Source of the DNA: an uncultured archaeon
GTDB taxonomy: Archaea > Thermoplasmatota > Poseidoniia > MGIII > CG-Epi1
DNA length: 52,722 nt
Assembly: GCA_964634895.1 (NCBI GenBank)
Contig: CAZWJS010000001.1
Span: 1-52,722, forward strand
Direction: 5' to 3'
The notes under the pieces were generated by a model. The model was not told the DNA's origin, made no database searches, and was given only the letters and a program-made list of their open reading frames with translations. Within the stretch, counting starts at the first letter, position 1, and every line of letters starts with the position of its first letter. Made by a program: the position numbers and the translations under genes. Positions 37,130-46,957 of this stretch are shown one piece after another.

Positions 37130-37555
37130 CTAATATTTGAGTTCTATATTATTCCCTAATTCTTCCTTATTGTCAATAATTCGAATCCATTCTATTTTGA
37201 AAGCATATAAATTAACCTTTTCCAAATAGGAATTTAGTTTCTTATCTTTCTTGACAAAGGGAAACCTATCAAAATAAGATTTCCAATCATCATCATTAGC
37301 ATTTTTGGCTCTACCTTTTATTTGTAAGCCTTTTATTATTTCCCAATCAAGTCCGTCGTCGTTTATTGTCGCAGCACATTTGTTATTCTTTTTTATGTTT
37401 TTTATATGTTCGGATTTTGGACTACTTATGAAAATAAGTGTATTCTTTTTTTTAGAAAAAGCGTAGAAAACTGCTGCCGCAGAGGCACCTTTTTCACCAA
37501 CGGTGGCTAAAGTCATTGTGTTGTGTTTTTCTAAAAATTGGTGTACTTTATCCAT
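37130..37555 (-). CDS. Pyridoxamine 5'-phosphate oxidase-like FMN-binding split-barrel protein
   Basis: The 141-aa product carries TMTLATVGEKGASAAAVFYAF..LIFISSPKSEHIKNI, typical of the PNPOx-like fold. Confidence 0.55.
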   Translation of the reverse strand: MDKVHQFLEKHNTMTLATVGEKGASAAAVFYAFSKKKNTLIFISSPKSEHIKNIKKNNKCAATINDDGLDWEIIKGLQIKGRAKNANDDDWKSYFDRFPFVKKDKKLNSYLEKVNLYAFKIEWIRIIDNKEELGNNIELKY

Positions 37556-37578
37556 TATAACCTTGAATTAGGCTTAAG

Positions 37579-37589
37579 TTTATAATATA
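37579..37589 (+). promoter_or_regulatory. TATA-box-like element upstream of the ribosomal protein cluster
   Basis: tttataatata lies about 40 nt upstream of GTG 37629, with a GGAGG Shine-Dalgarno-like motif at about 37614-37618 in between. This argues against the ORF-track start at 37596. Confidence 0.4.
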
Positions 37590-37628
37590 GTCCGTGTGGC
37601 GCCTCATCCCTGTGGAGGGTTTGTTCAC

Positions 37629-38081
37629 GTGACAACACATTACGACGTACCTGGTGAAAGCTTAGTTAATGCCTTAGCTCAGGCTTTGAAGAAAGAAAAA
37701 GCAATAACGCCGCCAGATTGGTCAGATTTTGTTAAGACAGCTGTTCACAAGGAGAAATCTCCAACTCAACAAGATTGGTGGTACTTTAGGACTGCATCTA
37801 TATTGAGAAAGATTGGCGTTAATGGGCCAATTGGAACTGAGCGCCTTTCTAGACATTATTCAGGTGCAAGAGATCGTGGAGCTAAACCTAATCGAAGTAA
37901 TAATGGAAGTCGTAAAGTAATAAGATTAATAATGCAACAATTAGAAGTTGCAGGTCTGATTGAGAAGGTCAAGCAAGGCGGCCGTAATTTGACTTCAAAG
38001 GGTCAATCTATTCTTGACAATACAGCTTTTAATGTAAAAAAAGTTTTAGAAAAGGAGATGAGTGTAATCAGTAAGTATTAG
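37629..38081 (+). CDS. rps19e: 30S ribosomal protein S19e
   Basis: [46 protein letters not shown] and [13 protein letters not shown] are all S19e-like. GTG 37629 is preferred over 37596 because of the TATA and SD placement. Confidence 0.88.
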   Translation: MTTHYDVPGESLVNALAQALKKEKAITPPDWSDFVKTAVHKEKSPTQQDWWYFRTASILRKIGVNGPIGTERLSRHYSGARDRGAKPNRSNNGSRKVIRLIMQQLEVAGLIEKVKQGGRNLTSKGQSILDNTAFNVKKVLEKEMSVISKY

Positions 38082-38082
38082 T

Positions 38083-38238
38083 ATGTCCAGTAGAAAAGTT
38101 TTCGGTAAGAAGCTACGATTAAATAAGTTAATAAAACGTAATCGTCGAGTTCCAGCATGGGTTATCCAGCGAACTAATAGAAGATTCACTAATCATCCCA
38201 AAAGACACTTTTGGCGTAGAGGTAAACTTCATAGGTGA
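38083..38238 (+). CDS. rpl39e: 50S ribosomal protein L39e (51 aa; absent from the supplied ORF track)
   Basis: My own translation gives [51 protein letters not shown]. The RRVPAW and RR.W.R signature identifies L39e, and its position between S19e and L31e is canonical. Confidence 0.88.
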   Translation: MSSRKVFGKKLRLNKLIKRNRRVPAWVIQRTNRRFTNHPKRHFWRRGKLHR

Positions 38239-38244
38239 TAAAAT

Positions 38245-38571
38245 ATGGCTGATGATGAATTAATGCAGGAAAGACTTTACACGATTCCTCTACGTAAACT
38301 TCACAAAGTCTCTCGTACTAGAAGAGCACCAGTAGCTATGCGAATTGTTGAAGATTTTATTGTTAGACATATGAAGCCAGAAAGAGATGGTGAAGTTCTT
38401 ACAACTGCATCCGATGCTAGGAGCGGTAGTGGTGAAGAAAAACAATTATTTATTGATCCTCCCGTCAATAAGTATATTTGGTCAAGAGGTATAGAAAAGC
38501 CACCTTCAAAAGTTAGAGTACGGGCGCTTAAATTTGAAGATGGTAGTGTTATAGTACATTTAGCTGAATAA
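38245..38571 (+). CDS. rpl31e: 50S ribosomal protein L31e
   Basis: ERLYTIPLRK, RTRRAPVAMRIV, FIDPPVNKYIWSRGIEKPPSKVRVR are L31e-like. An insertion of about 20 aa is present. Confidence 0.85.
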   Translation: MADDELMQERLYTIPLRKLHKVSRTRRAPVAMRIVEDFIVRHMKPERDGEVLTTASDARSGSGEEKQLFIDPPVNKYIWSRGIEKPPSKVRVRALKFEDGSVIVHLAE

Positions 38572-38575
38572 TTTC

Positions 38576-39253
38576 ATGGCCTTACTTCAAAAAAATCTTT
38601 TCAATAGTCCTTATTCTGGTGTATTTTGCGCATCTAATGATAATTTGACATTTTTACCACCAGGGGTTCCAGAAGATGACATGTCCGATATATCTGAAGC
38701 CTTAGGTACTAAGATTGAAATAATTACTATTGGAGGTAGCAGTGTTCTAGGAACATTAATTGCAATGAACAACAAGGGAATTCTTGTTTCAAATCTAATA
38801 ACTTCTATAGAAGTTGAAAAGCTAACTAAGATCGCCTCCATTTTTGACATTAAATTTGAAGTTATTTCCGATCGTTCTAATGCGATTGGCAACAATTTTC
38901 TGGTTAATGATAAGGCGGGTTTTTGTAATGAAAAACTGGGCCTAAAATCAATTAAATTTGCCGAGTCTATTTTTGGAGTTAACATAAATTCATGTTCTCT
39001 AAATAAAATGGATACTTTAGGTATGGTTGGCTGTATAACAAACAAAGGAGGTCTTTGCCATCCAGATATATTGGCAGAGGATAGAGAAATACTTGAAAAA
39101 AGTTTTGAAGTTCCAATAATGGAAGGGACTGTAAATTTTGGAATGCCACTTATTGGCGCCGGTGTTGTTGCTACATCCAATGGAGCCATTTGTGGTCGTC
39201 AAAGTACAGGCGTTGAATTAGGTCGTATTGAGGAAGCGCTTAAGCTTTTTTAG
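38576..39253 (+). CDS. eif6: Translation initiation factor 6 (aIF6)
   Basis: 225 aa with the pentein-like repeat pattern. It sits in the canonical position after L31e, and contains segments such as GSSVLGTLIAMNNKGILV. Confidence 0.8.
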   Translation: MALLQKNLFNSPYSGVFCASNDNLTFLPPGVPEDDMSDISEALGTKIEIITIGGSSVLGTLIAMNNKGILVSNLITSIEVEKLTKIASIFDIKFEVISDRSNAIGNNFLVNDKAGFCNEKLGLKSIKFAESIFGVNINSCSLNKMDTLGMVGCITNKGGLCHPDILAEDREILEKSFEVPIMEGTVNFGMPLIGAGVVATSNGAICGRQSTGVELGRIEEALKLF

Positions 39254-39752
39254 TTCTAAAAATAAGATTACAAACAGCTCCTATTTCAGTATCAAGTTCT
39301 AATTGTATTTCTTTCTTGCTCACGTCATAATGGTATTTTGCTTGCTCTCTCATCTTTTTAGAAGTATTATTTGCTAAATTATCGCTTCCAAAAATCAAGC
39401 AGATTTTTTCCTTCTGCATATTTTCATCCATGTTATTTTTTTTTTTATCTGGCCTAAAAGTACATAAAATTTTTTCACCGCAATTTGGAGGTAGAGGTAA
39501 TGTAGTTATTTTTACAAAACCAGCCTTAGCTAAATCAACAAAAATCTTTCCACTATTTCCAATACTTGTAGATTTGGCTATATTTTCAGCAAATTCGATT
39601 GGAGATTCTTTTGTACTATAATTTATTAGTATTAGATGGCAATTGTGTGCTTTGCATAAGGGAGCTATTTTTGCAATCAATCTTCTATTTATTTCATCAA
39701 TTTCCTTATTTTTGTTTTGATTGAAAATTACTATGTTATCGGATGCTGCCAT
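39240..39752 (-). CDS. Hypothetical protein, possibly SPOUT-fold (DUF531-like)
   Basis: 170 aa. The C-terminal ICLIFGSDN..x..[14 protein letters not shown] resembles the SPOUT knot region, but the resemblance is weak and from memory only. Its 3' end overlaps the aIF6 3' end by 14 nt. Confidence 0.3.
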   Translation of the reverse strand: MAASDNIVIFNQNKNKEIDEINRRLIAKIAPLCKAHNCHLILINYSTKESPIEFAENIAKSTSIGNSGKIFVDLAKAGFVKITTLPLPPNCGEKILCTFRPDKKKNNMDENMQKEKICLIFGSDNLANNTSKKMREQAKYHYDVSKKEIQLELDTEIGAVCNLIFRTKKA

Positions 39753-39822
39753 TATTGGGCTAGGGGAGTCCCTTTTAAGGGGGTTTATTCATCTACTCTA
39801 TCGCAGTTCAGGTGCTTTAGAT

Positions 39823-42399
39823 TTGACTACAGAAAACACAGATACAATTTTAGAAATTAGCCTCGAAAAGGAAATGAGAAAATCCTATTTGGATTACGCA
39901 ATGTCCGTGATTGTTGGACGTGCGTTACCAGATGCACGTGATGGTCTCAAGCCAGTACACCGGCGTGTCTTGTTTGCTATGCGTGAGATGGGTTCCGGTT
40001 CACGTTCACCATACAAAAAATCAGCAAGAATTGTAGGTGATACTATGGGTAAGTATCATCCTCATGGTGATCAGGCAATATACGACACAATGGTTCGGAT
40101 GGCACAGGAGTTCTCACTACGATATCCTTTAGTTGATGGTCAAGGTAATTTTGGTTCTATTGATGGCGATAAAGCTGCTGCTATGCGTTATACGGAATCT
40201 CGTTTAGCAACTATTGCAGATACAGTTTTAACAGATCTTGATGAAAATACTGTTGATTTTAGGGATAATTACGATGGTTCACTTCAAGAACCTTCAGTTT
40301 TGCCAGGTTTGCTTCCTGGTCTTTTGGTTAATGGATCTTCAGGTATTGCTGTAGGAATGGCCACTAATATGGCCCCCCATAATCTTTCAGAGATAATTTT
40401 AGCCCTTAATTTATTAATTGATAATCCTAATAGTTCGCTTGCTGAAATTATGGAATACATTCCTGGCCCTGATTTTCCTACAGGAGGTACTATAATGGGT
40501 CGAAAGGGAATTTTTGATGCATATAGTAAAGGCCAAGGTTCTGTAAAAATAAGGGCTAAGATAACACAGGAGTTAAACGGTAAAGATGAATATCTTATTG
40601 TTCAAGAAATTCCTTTTTTAGTCCAAAAAAATCGTCTCTTAGAAGAAATATCTAAGATGGTCAGAGATAAAAAAGTTGAAGGTATAAGAGATATACGAGA
40701 CGAATCCGATCAAAAAGGTATGCGAGTTGTTTTGGAATTAAAAAGAGATGCTTCTCCAATGATTGTTGAAAATCAATTGTACAAACACTCAGCTCTTGAA
40801 ACTAGTTTTGCCATAAACAATGTTGCTTTAGTTGGGGGGCAACCTAAACGTATGGGTCTTATTGAATTGTTACAGGTTTATTTAGAGCATCGTAAGGAGA
40901 TAGTTACAAGACGTACACAATATAGATTAAAGAAGGCTGAAGAAAGAGCCCATGTCGTTGAAGGATTATTATTAGCAATTTCTCAGATGGACAAAGTTAT
41001 AGCTTTTATCAGAAAAGCGGCAGGTAGAGATGCAGTTATAGAGGGCCTTCAGAAGGAATTCTCTCTGAGTAAGGTCCAATCCAAAGCGATTGCAGATATG
41101 CGACTTTATCAGCTTTCTCGGCAAGATGCAGATGAAAGGAAAAAGGAATTAGAAGATCTTAAGGCAACCATGTCTAAATTATCTTCTATATTGAAAGACC
41201 CAGATAAGGTATTAGCAATTATCAAGGAAGAGTTAGTAGTTCTTGATGAAAAGTATGGCGATAATCGCCGAACTACTATTTCAGATTTTGATGGTGATTT
41301 AGCCACAGAAGATTTAATTCCTAGATCTCAAGTTGTAGTTATGCGCACTAATGAGGGATATATCAAACGTGTAAGCCTTGATGAATATCAAGCGCAACAT
41401 AGAGGTGGCAAAGGTAGAATCGGAATCAAAGCTAAAGAAGGTGACTTTCCTGTTGAGTTATATTCATTGGGGTCACATGATCACATTTTATTTTTCACAA
41501 CAGCAGGCAGTATGTATTTCCTTAAGGCCTGGCAGATACCAGACGTTTCACGTTATTCAAAAGGAACGCCCTTAGTACAGCTATTGAAGAAATTAGATGA
41601 AGGGCGAAAAGAAAAGGATGAACATGTTTTGTGCATGCTTCCTGTTGCAAATATAGGTAGTGAAGGACATTATTTCTTGTTTGCAACTAAGAATGGCATA
41701 ATCAAGAAAACACGTTTAGAGGAGTATTCCACTCGAATTGAAAGGGCTTGGGCTAGAGATCAAGGATTTCGTGCAATTACTTTGAAGGACAAAGATGAAT
41801 TAGTAGGTGTAGCAATCTCTGAAGGGGAAAGTCAGGTTATGTTGGCCACTAAGGGTGGAATGGCTAATAGATTTTCAGAAGGCGAAATTAGAATAGTTGG
41901 GCGCAATGGTCAAGGAGTCATTGGGATGCGTCTAAAAGATAAAGATCAAGTTATCGGGATGTCATTAGTTAATGAGGAGGAACTTCTTTTGACCATTACA
42001 GAGAAAGGTTATGGCAAAAGGGCTAATGCAGGAAATTATCGTTTGACTAAACGTGGAGCTAAAGGCGTTCAAAATATTAAAGTAGATGAGAAGAGTGGAC
42101 CAGTCATAGCAGTTATGACACCAGGCGAAGCTAATCAAATATTAGCCACTACGTCTTCTGGAAAAGTAATTAGAACTCATATAGATACAATAAGAGAGAT
42201 AGCTCGTGTGGGGCGAGGTGTCAAAGTAATGTCCGTTGATCAAAATGAGACAGTTGTTGCAGTAGCATTACATAATGAAGAAGATGAAGAAAGGAATACT
42301 GAAAATGGCTATCCATGTCCCGAATGCAAGACAGGTAATCTTGTTTCTAAAGACGGGAAAAACATATGTGGTACTTGTGGATTAATCATGGATGCGTAA
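39823..42399 (+). CDS. gyrA: DNA gyrase subunit A with a C-terminal C4 zinc-ribbon extension
   Basis: [29 protein letters not shown], the AAMRYTE active-site Tyr and GyrA-box/beta-pinwheel repeats are present. The ORF is open from 39721. TTG 39823, preceded by AGGTG, gives E. coli-like N-terminal spacing and avoids overlapping the divergent gene. ATG 39733 is an alternative start. Confidence 0.9.
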   Translation: MTTENTDTILEISLEKEMRKSYLDYAMSVIVGRALPDARDGLKPVHRRVLFAMREMGSGSRSPYKKSARIVGDTMGKYHPHGDQAIYDTMVRMAQEFSLRYPLVDGQGNFGSIDGDKAAAMRYTESRLATIADTVLTDLDENTVDFRDNYDGSLQEPSVLPGLLPGLLVNGSSGIAVGMATNMAPHNLSEIILALNLLIDNPNSSLAEIMEYIPGPDFPTGGTIMGRKGIFDAYSKGQGSVKIRAKITQELNGKDEYLIVQEIPFLVQKNRLLEEISKMVRDKKVEGIRDIRDESDQKGMRVVLELKRDASPMIVENQLYKHSALETSFAINNVALVGGQPKRMGLIELLQVYLEHRKEIVTRRTQYRLKKAEERAHVVEGLLLAISQMDKVIAFIRKAAGRDAVIEGLQKEFSLSKVQSKAIADMRLYQLSRQDADERKKELEDLKATMSKLSSILKDPDKVLAIIKEELVVLDEKYGDNRRTTISDFDGDLATEDLIPRSQVVVMRTNEGYIKRVSLDEYQAQHRGGKGRIGIKAKEGDFPVELYSLGSHDHILFFTTAGSMYFLKAWQIPDVSRYSKGTPLVQLLKKLDEGRKEKDEHVLCMLPVANIGSEGHYFLFATKNGIIKKTRLEEYSTRIERAWARDQGFRAITLKDKDELVGVAISEGESQVMLATKGGMANRFSEGEIRIVGRNGQGVIGMRLKDKDQVIGMSLVNEEELLLTITEKGYGKRANAGNYRLTKRGAKGVQNIKVDEKSGPVIAVMTPGEANQILATTSSGKVIRTHIDTIREIARVGRGVKVMSVDQNETVVAVALHNEEDEERNTENGYPCPECKTGNLVSKDGKNICGTCGLIMDA

Positions 42400-43321
42400 A
42401 ATACCAGTAAAAGATATTGAAATTGGTTCTCATACAACACTTAAAGATTTGAGTTCACAATTTGGTAAAGCAGGTGGTTTTGTGGCTTCCAAGGTTTCTA
42501 CAGCTACTTCAATAATTAATGATATGAATGAAAGTGAATGCACTAAATTCCTTTCATTTCCAGCAGACATTATGGCAACAGGAACTCGGGGACTCTTGAG
42601 GAAGTTTGTTGAGAAAGGTAACGCTGATGTCGTAGTGACGACATGTGGTACTTTAGATCACGATATAGCTAGAACTTTGGCTGATTATTATCATGGGGAT
42701 TTTGCAATGGACGATCAAAAATTAAGAGATGAAGGGATAAATCGTTTGGGTAATGTTCTGGTACCGGATGATTCTTATGGAATTCCCATTGAAAGATGGG
42801 TGCAGCCTATAATTTCAGATTTATATTCTAAAAATATTAGATGGCCGCCTTGGAAAATTTGGCGAGAAATAGGTTTAAGATTAGCAGAAGAAGATGGAGG
42901 TACCGATTCATTCTTGGGTCTTTGCGCTAAGAAGGACATTAAAGTCTTTGTTCCTGGCCCTACAGATGGTGCAGTTGGTTCCCAACTTTGGCTCTTTTGG
43001 CAAACACACAAAGATTTCACTTTAGACGTCTTAGAAGAAGAGCATGAACTTTCTGATATTGTTCATGAAGCTAAATCTACAGGCGCTATAATGATTGGAG
43101 GAGGTATTTCTAAGCATCACACTATTTGGTGGAATCAGTTCAGAGAAGGTTTAGATTATGCAGTTCAGGTTACTACAGCCCCAGAATGGGATGGTTCTCT
43201 TAGTGGTGCAAGAGTGAGAGAGGCTGTTTCCTGGGGCAAAGTAACTCCTAAAGCAAGAAGAATAACTGTCGAAGGCGATGCTACAGTTTTGTTACCTTTG
43301 ATTTTAGGACCTTTGTTATGA
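42392..43321 (+). CDS. dys: Deoxyhypusine synthase
   Basis: 309 aa with [54 protein letters not shown] and SWGK. It overlaps the gyrA stop by 8 nt. Confidence 0.85.
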   Translation: MRKIPVKDIEIGSHTTLKDLSSQFGKAGGFVASKVSTATSIINDMNESECTKFLSFPADIMATGTRGLLRKFVEKGNADVVVTTCGTLDHDIARTLADYYHGDFAMDDQKLRDEGINRLGNVLVPDDSYGIPIERWVQPIISDLYSKNIRWPPWKIWREIGLRLAEEDGGTDSFLGLCAKKDIKVFVPGPTDGAVGSQLWLFWQTHKDFTLDVLEEEHELSDIVHEAKSTGAIMIGGGISKHHTIWWNQFREGLDYAVQVTTAPEWDGSLSGARVREAVSWGKVTPKARRITVEGDATVLLPLILGPLL

Positions 43322-44082
43322 GAGCAATAGTTCGTGGTGTATCAAGTTCATTTGAAAAAGCCTTAGCTTCCTATTTTGGGAATGGGCCGACAGATTTGGC
43401 AGCTGCTAAAGAGCAGCATGCAGCCTACGTTTCAAAGTTGAGAGAATTTGGTGTTTTGACTAAAGAAATAGCTTCGCATCCTGATTATCCAGATTGTTGT
43501 TTTGTAGAAGATCATGCCGTTGTAGTAGGCGATTCAGCGCTAATAACTAATGCAGGACATGATACACGTTTAGGAGAAAAGAAAGGTGTTGAAGAGGCAT
43601 TAGCTGAGGACCTTAATCTAGAATATATGGAATCTGGAGCAAGGATGGATGGGGGCGATGTTCTTAGATTTGGCGATAAAATTCTTGTAGGGCATAGCAC
43701 AAGAACTAATTCTCAAGGAATAGAGTCTTTGAAAAATTTTGCTGCGTCTCGAGATTTAAAATTACATGTCGTTAAAGTTCCTGAGAAATCACTACATTTA
43801 ATTTCAATTTGTACTTCACCTATGCCCGGAGTTTTACTAGTTCCAGAAGGGTGGTTCTCAAGTTCTGATTTCCCTGATGATGCAAAAATTTTGTGGATTC
43901 CAAGTGAAGAAGCATATGGTGCAAATATCCTTCCTTTTGGAGAAGATATAATGGTTCCGGAAGGTTATAGCGCCGTATCTGATATTTTGGCTAGTAATGG
44001 ACTAAATCTCCATCATATGGAGATGTCGCAATTTAGAGCTGCAGATGGTTCTTTGACATGTCTCTCAGTTCTTTATGATTAA
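43318..44082 (+). CDS. DDAH-family guanidino-group-modifying enzyme (dimethylarginine dimethylaminohydrolase-like)
   Basis: 254 aa with FVEDHAVV, MDGGDVL, LVGHSTRTN and the C-terminal catalytic Cys context ADGSLTCLSVLYD (compare human DDAH1 DGLLTCCSVL). It overlaps the DHS stop by 4 nt. Confidence 0.7.
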   Translation: MRAIVRGVSSSFEKALASYFGNGPTDLAAAKEQHAAYVSKLREFGVLTKEIASHPDYPDCCFVEDHAVVVGDSALITNAGHDTRLGEKKGVEEALAEDLNLEYMESGARMDGGDVLRFGDKILVGHSTRTNSQGIESLKNFAASRDLKLHVVKVPEKSLHLISICTSPMPGVLLVPEGWFSSSDFPDDAKILWIPSEEAYGANILPFGEDIMVPEGYSAVSDILASNGLNLHHMEMSQFRAADGSLTCLSVLYD

Positions 44083-44102
44083 CTAAACTTCTTAATACAT
44101 CC

Positions 44103-45455
44103 ATGTTGATGTTTCGTCACATGGCTAGTTTAGAGAGTCCAGCAAAGATTTCATCTAAAGAAGGAAAACTAGGAGTTTTGATGCCTGGCCTTGGGGCAGT
44201 TAGTACTACATTTATTGCAGGTTCGTTGGCGATTAAGGCAGGAATATCAAGCCCAATTGGTTCTTTTACTCAAATGGGAACCATTCGCCTTGGTAAACGT
44301 AATGAAAGGCGTGAAGTACAAATTAATGATTTTATCCCTTTGTCAAGCATTAATGATTTAGTATTTGGCGGATGGGATATTTTTGAGGATAATTGTTATG
44401 AGGCAGCAGTTAAGGCAGGCGTTCTTGATATGGATTTATTAGGTAAAATAAAACCAGAATTGAGTTCTATAAAGCCAATGAAAGCTGTATTCGACAAGAA
44501 TTTTGTTAAAAAATTGGATGGTAAATTTATCAAATCAGTTCAAGGCCATAGAGATTCAATTGAAGCACTCAGGGAAGATATACGTTCATTCAGAAAAGTA
44601 AATAAATTGAATAGAGTGGTTATGATCTGGTGTGGAAGTACAGAAATTTATCAAGATCCTAATAATCCAATATACAAATCATTAGACAAGTTTGAAGAAG
44701 CCTTGGATTCAGATAGTACATTGATTGCACCTTCAGTTTTGTATGCTTATTCTGCAATTAAAGAAGGTGTTCCTTATGCTAATGGAGCGCCAAATTTGTC
44801 AGTGGATTTCCCTGCACTTTATGAATTATCGATACGTGAAAAAATTCCTATAGCTGGGAAAGATTTCAAGACTGGTCAAACTCTGATGAAGACAATACTT
44901 GCTCCTGGTTTTAAAGCTAGACGTATAGGGATAGATGGTTGGTTTTCTACAAATATTTTAGGTAATAGGGATGGAGAAGTTCTGGATGATCCTGAATCAT
45001 TTAAGACCAAAGAAGTTTCCAAACTTGGTGTTCTTGAGCAAATACTAGAGCCTGAAAAATATCCTGACTTATATGGCGATTTGTATCACAAAGTTAGAAT
45101 AAATTATTATCCACCTAGAGGAGATAATAAGGAAGGATGGGACAATATAGATATCAAAGGATGGCTTGGATATCCTATGCAAATTAAGGTTGATTTTCTT
45201 TGCCGTGATTCTATTTTAGCAGCCCCTATTGTATTAGATTTAGCTTTATTTCTTGATTTAGCTCAAAGAGCTGGCATGTATGGTATTCAAGAATGGCTTT
45301 CATTTTATTTTAAGTCCCCAATGTGTAAACCAGATTTGTATCCAATACACGATTTATTTTCACAAAAAGCTAAGTTAGAAAATACTCTTCGTCATCTTAT
45401 GGGCGAGACAATTATCACCCATCTTGGTTTAGATTATTATTACGAAGAGGAGTAA
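44103..45455 (+). CDS. myo-Inositol-1-phosphate synthase
   Basis: The Rossmann-like N-terminus is KLGVLMPGLGAVSTTFIAG. NILGNRDGEVLDDPESFKTKEVSK and the tetramerisation region are present. The start could be ATG 44121 instead. Confidence 0.75.
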   Translation: MLMFRHMASLESPAKISSKEGKLGVLMPGLGAVSTTFIAGSLAIKAGISSPIGSFTQMGTIRLGKRNERREVQINDFIPLSSINDLVFGGWDIFEDNCYEAAVKAGVLDMDLLGKIKPELSSIKPMKAVFDKNFVKKLDGKFIKSVQGHRDSIEALREDIRSFRKVNKLNRVVMIWCGSTEIYQDPNNPIYKSLDKFEEALDSDSTLIAPSVLYAYSAIKEGVPYANGAPNLSVDFPALYELSIREKIPIAGKDFKTGQTLMKTILAPGFKARRIGIDGWFSTNILGNRDGEVLDDPESFKTKEVSKLGVLEQILEPEKYPDLYGDLYHKVRINYYPPRGDNKEGWDNIDIKGWLGYPMQIKVDFLCRDSILAAPIVLDLALFLDLAQRAGMYGIQEWLSFYFKSPMCKPDLYPIHDLFSQKAKLENTLRHLMGETIITHLGLDYYYEEE

Positions 45456-46465
45456 TGGAAGCTGTAGTAGTTACAAATTATGGAGGACCAGATAATATGG
45501 AAATCCAAGATATTCCAATGCCTACTCCAGGCCCAAGCGAGATTTGTATTAAAGTTTCGAGAGCTGGGATAAATTTTGCAGATATTTTATCTCGTATGGG
45601 AATTTATCCAGGGGCTCCTAAACCTCCTTTTACTCCCGGTATGGAAGTATCAGGAACTATTCATGAGGTGGGCCCCGATGTTGAAGGCTTTGAAGTAGGA
45701 GATAGAGTTGTTGGTACAGGAACAAAAGGAGGTTATGCTAGTTATACCGTATCCAATTCTCAGGGAGTTTTTAAGATTCCAGATGATATTTCTTTTGATA
45801 CAGCAGCAGCTTTCCCTGCAGTTTATTTAACATCATATTTGATGATAATTCATCCGGGCGATTTGCATCCAGGTGAATCGATTTTGATTCACGGTGCAGC
45901 TGGTGGCGTAGGCCTAGCATCAATTGAATTGGCTAAAATAGCAGGGGCGAAGACAATCTTTGGAACCTGTTCACCAAGTAAGCATGAGTTTATTGAGGAG
46001 AGAGGAGTTCTTCCCGTGGACAAAGATAATTTCTTGGCAGGGATAATGGAATGGACTGATGGTAAAGGTGTAGATTTAGTTTTAGACCCTATTGGAGGAG
46101 ACCATTTGATGCAATCGTATCGCTGTTTGGGTTCTGGAGGAAGGGTTTGTTCATTTGGAATCTCAGATATGGCACCCGGTAAAAAGAGAAGTTATTGGCA
46201 TCGTTTCAAATCTTGGTTAAATTTTCCAAAATTTGATCCATTGAAAATGATGAGTAGTAATCGAGGCGTTTTTGGAATACATTTAGGGCGCTGGAAAAAT
46301 TGGGAACACTTAGACAAAGCAAGAAAAGATTTGATGGGCTGGATTAAGGAAAATAAAATCAATCCTTATGTGGATCAAGTGTTTCCTTATACTAAGGTTT
46401 CAGATGCACATCATTATATTCAAGATCGGGAAAACAAGGGCAAAGTGCTTTTGAGTTTTGATTAA
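45455..46465 (+). CDS. Medium-chain dehydrogenase/reductase, quinone oxidoreductase (Qor/VAT-1-like)
   Basis: GINFADILSRMGIYPG, PGMEVSGTI and the NAD(P) motif HGAAGGVG are present. The start overlaps the upstream stop by 1 nt. Confidence 0.75.
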   Translation: MEAVVVTNYGGPDNMEIQDIPMPTPGPSEICIKVSRAGINFADILSRMGIYPGAPKPPFTPGMEVSGTIHEVGPDVEGFEVGDRVVGTGTKGGYASYTVSNSQGVFKIPDDISFDTAAAFPAVYLTSYLMIIHPGDLHPGESILIHGAAGGVGLASIELAKIAGAKTIFGTCSPSKHEFIEERGVLPVDKDNFLAGIMEWTDGKGVDLVLDPIGGDHLMQSYRCLGSGGRVCSFGISDMAPGKKRSYWHRFKSWLNFPKFDPLKMMSSNRGVFGIHLGRWKNWEHLDKARKDLMGWIKENKINPYVDQVFPYTKVSDAHHYIQDRENKGKVLLSFD

Positions 46466-46486
46466 TATCAAATTCTTTGCCATTTC

Positions 46487-46495
46487 TTTAAAATA
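46487..46495 (+). promoter_or_regulatory. TATA-box-like element, probably driving a leaderless transcript for the wHTH gene
   Basis: tttaaaata is centred about 24 nt upstream of ATG 46515. Confidence 0.35.
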
Positions 46496-46514
46496 GGGAT
46501 ATTATTATCTTATC

Positions 46515-46907
46515 ATGTCTGATATAAATGTCAAGCTGAAGCATAGTTCTGACGATTCAGACAAATTGTTTAGAATTTTATTTGCATCAATAAAAATAGG
46601 TGCGCCAGCATCTAAACGAAAAATTGCCGATGCCGCCGATCTTTCTTCACAGATAGTAGATTATCATATAGATAAATTAGTAGCGAATGGCCAAATGCTT
46701 GTGATAAATTCACAGTATATGGCACAGAAAGCATTTAGCGATAAAAGGATTTATAAATTTTTGAAGGATACAGTAATAACTCAAGATTTAGTCGATAAAA
46801 TTGCGACAGGTATTGATTTTTCTCAATCAGAAGTCCAAGAGAACAAAGTAATTGAGGAATCTATTTTGACACTATTAAAATTGTTTTCTATAGAGTTGAA
46901 AAAATGA
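46515..46907 (+). CDS. Hypothetical winged-helix DNA-binding protein
   Basis: 130 aa. Residues 17-65 or so (LFRILFASIKIGAPASKRKIADAADLSSQIVDYHIDKLVANGQMLVI) look like a MarR/TrmB-type wHTH. I recognise no family. Confidence 0.4.
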   Translation: MSDINVKLKHSSDDSDKLFRILFASIKIGAPASKRKIADAADLSSQIVDYHIDKLVANGQMLVINSQYMAQKAFSDKRIYKFLKDTVITQDLVDKIATGIDFSQSEVQENKVIEESILTLLKLFSIELKK

Positions 46908-46933
46908 TAAACTTCCAAATTTTTTTGGCATTG

Positions 46934-46942
46934 TTTTATATA
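46934..46942 (+). promoter_or_regulatory. TATA-box-like element inside the 5' part of the 87-aa ORF-track entry
   Basis: ttttatata lies 16-22 nt upstream of ATG 46958/46964. This suggests the real small gene starts at one of those ATGs rather than at 46904. Confidence 0.3.
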
Positions 46943-46957
46943 CCAAAAAACTTTTTC

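Noticed and set aside
38611-39189. 192-aa ORF antisense to aIF6. Similar long antisense ORFs occur inside top6B (9276-9995), purH (34303-34692), the OPT gene and others.
   Set aside because: In each case the sense strand has clear family motifs. The antisense products are low-complexity, with no recognisable motifs, promoter or SD context. This is typical of shadow ORFs in AT-rich genomes.
39763-39783. GGGGAGTCCC / CCCTTTTAAGGGGG upstream of gyrA as a second copy of the topA-upstream palindrome GGGGAC-TATA-GTCCCC, meaning a shared topoisomerase regulatory motif
   Set aside because: Only half-site-level similarity (GGGGA..GTCCC) is present, without the spacer. It is too short to distinguish from chance without genome-wide statistics. 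I note it as a possibility only.
39721-39822. The ORF-track start of gyrA at 39721 (or ATG 39733)
   Set aside because: That start would overlap the 5' end of the divergent 170-aa gene (start at 39752) and leave no promoter. TTG 39823, preceded by AGGTG, reproduces the canonical GyrA N-terminal length. The upstream in-frame stretch has no GyrA similarity.
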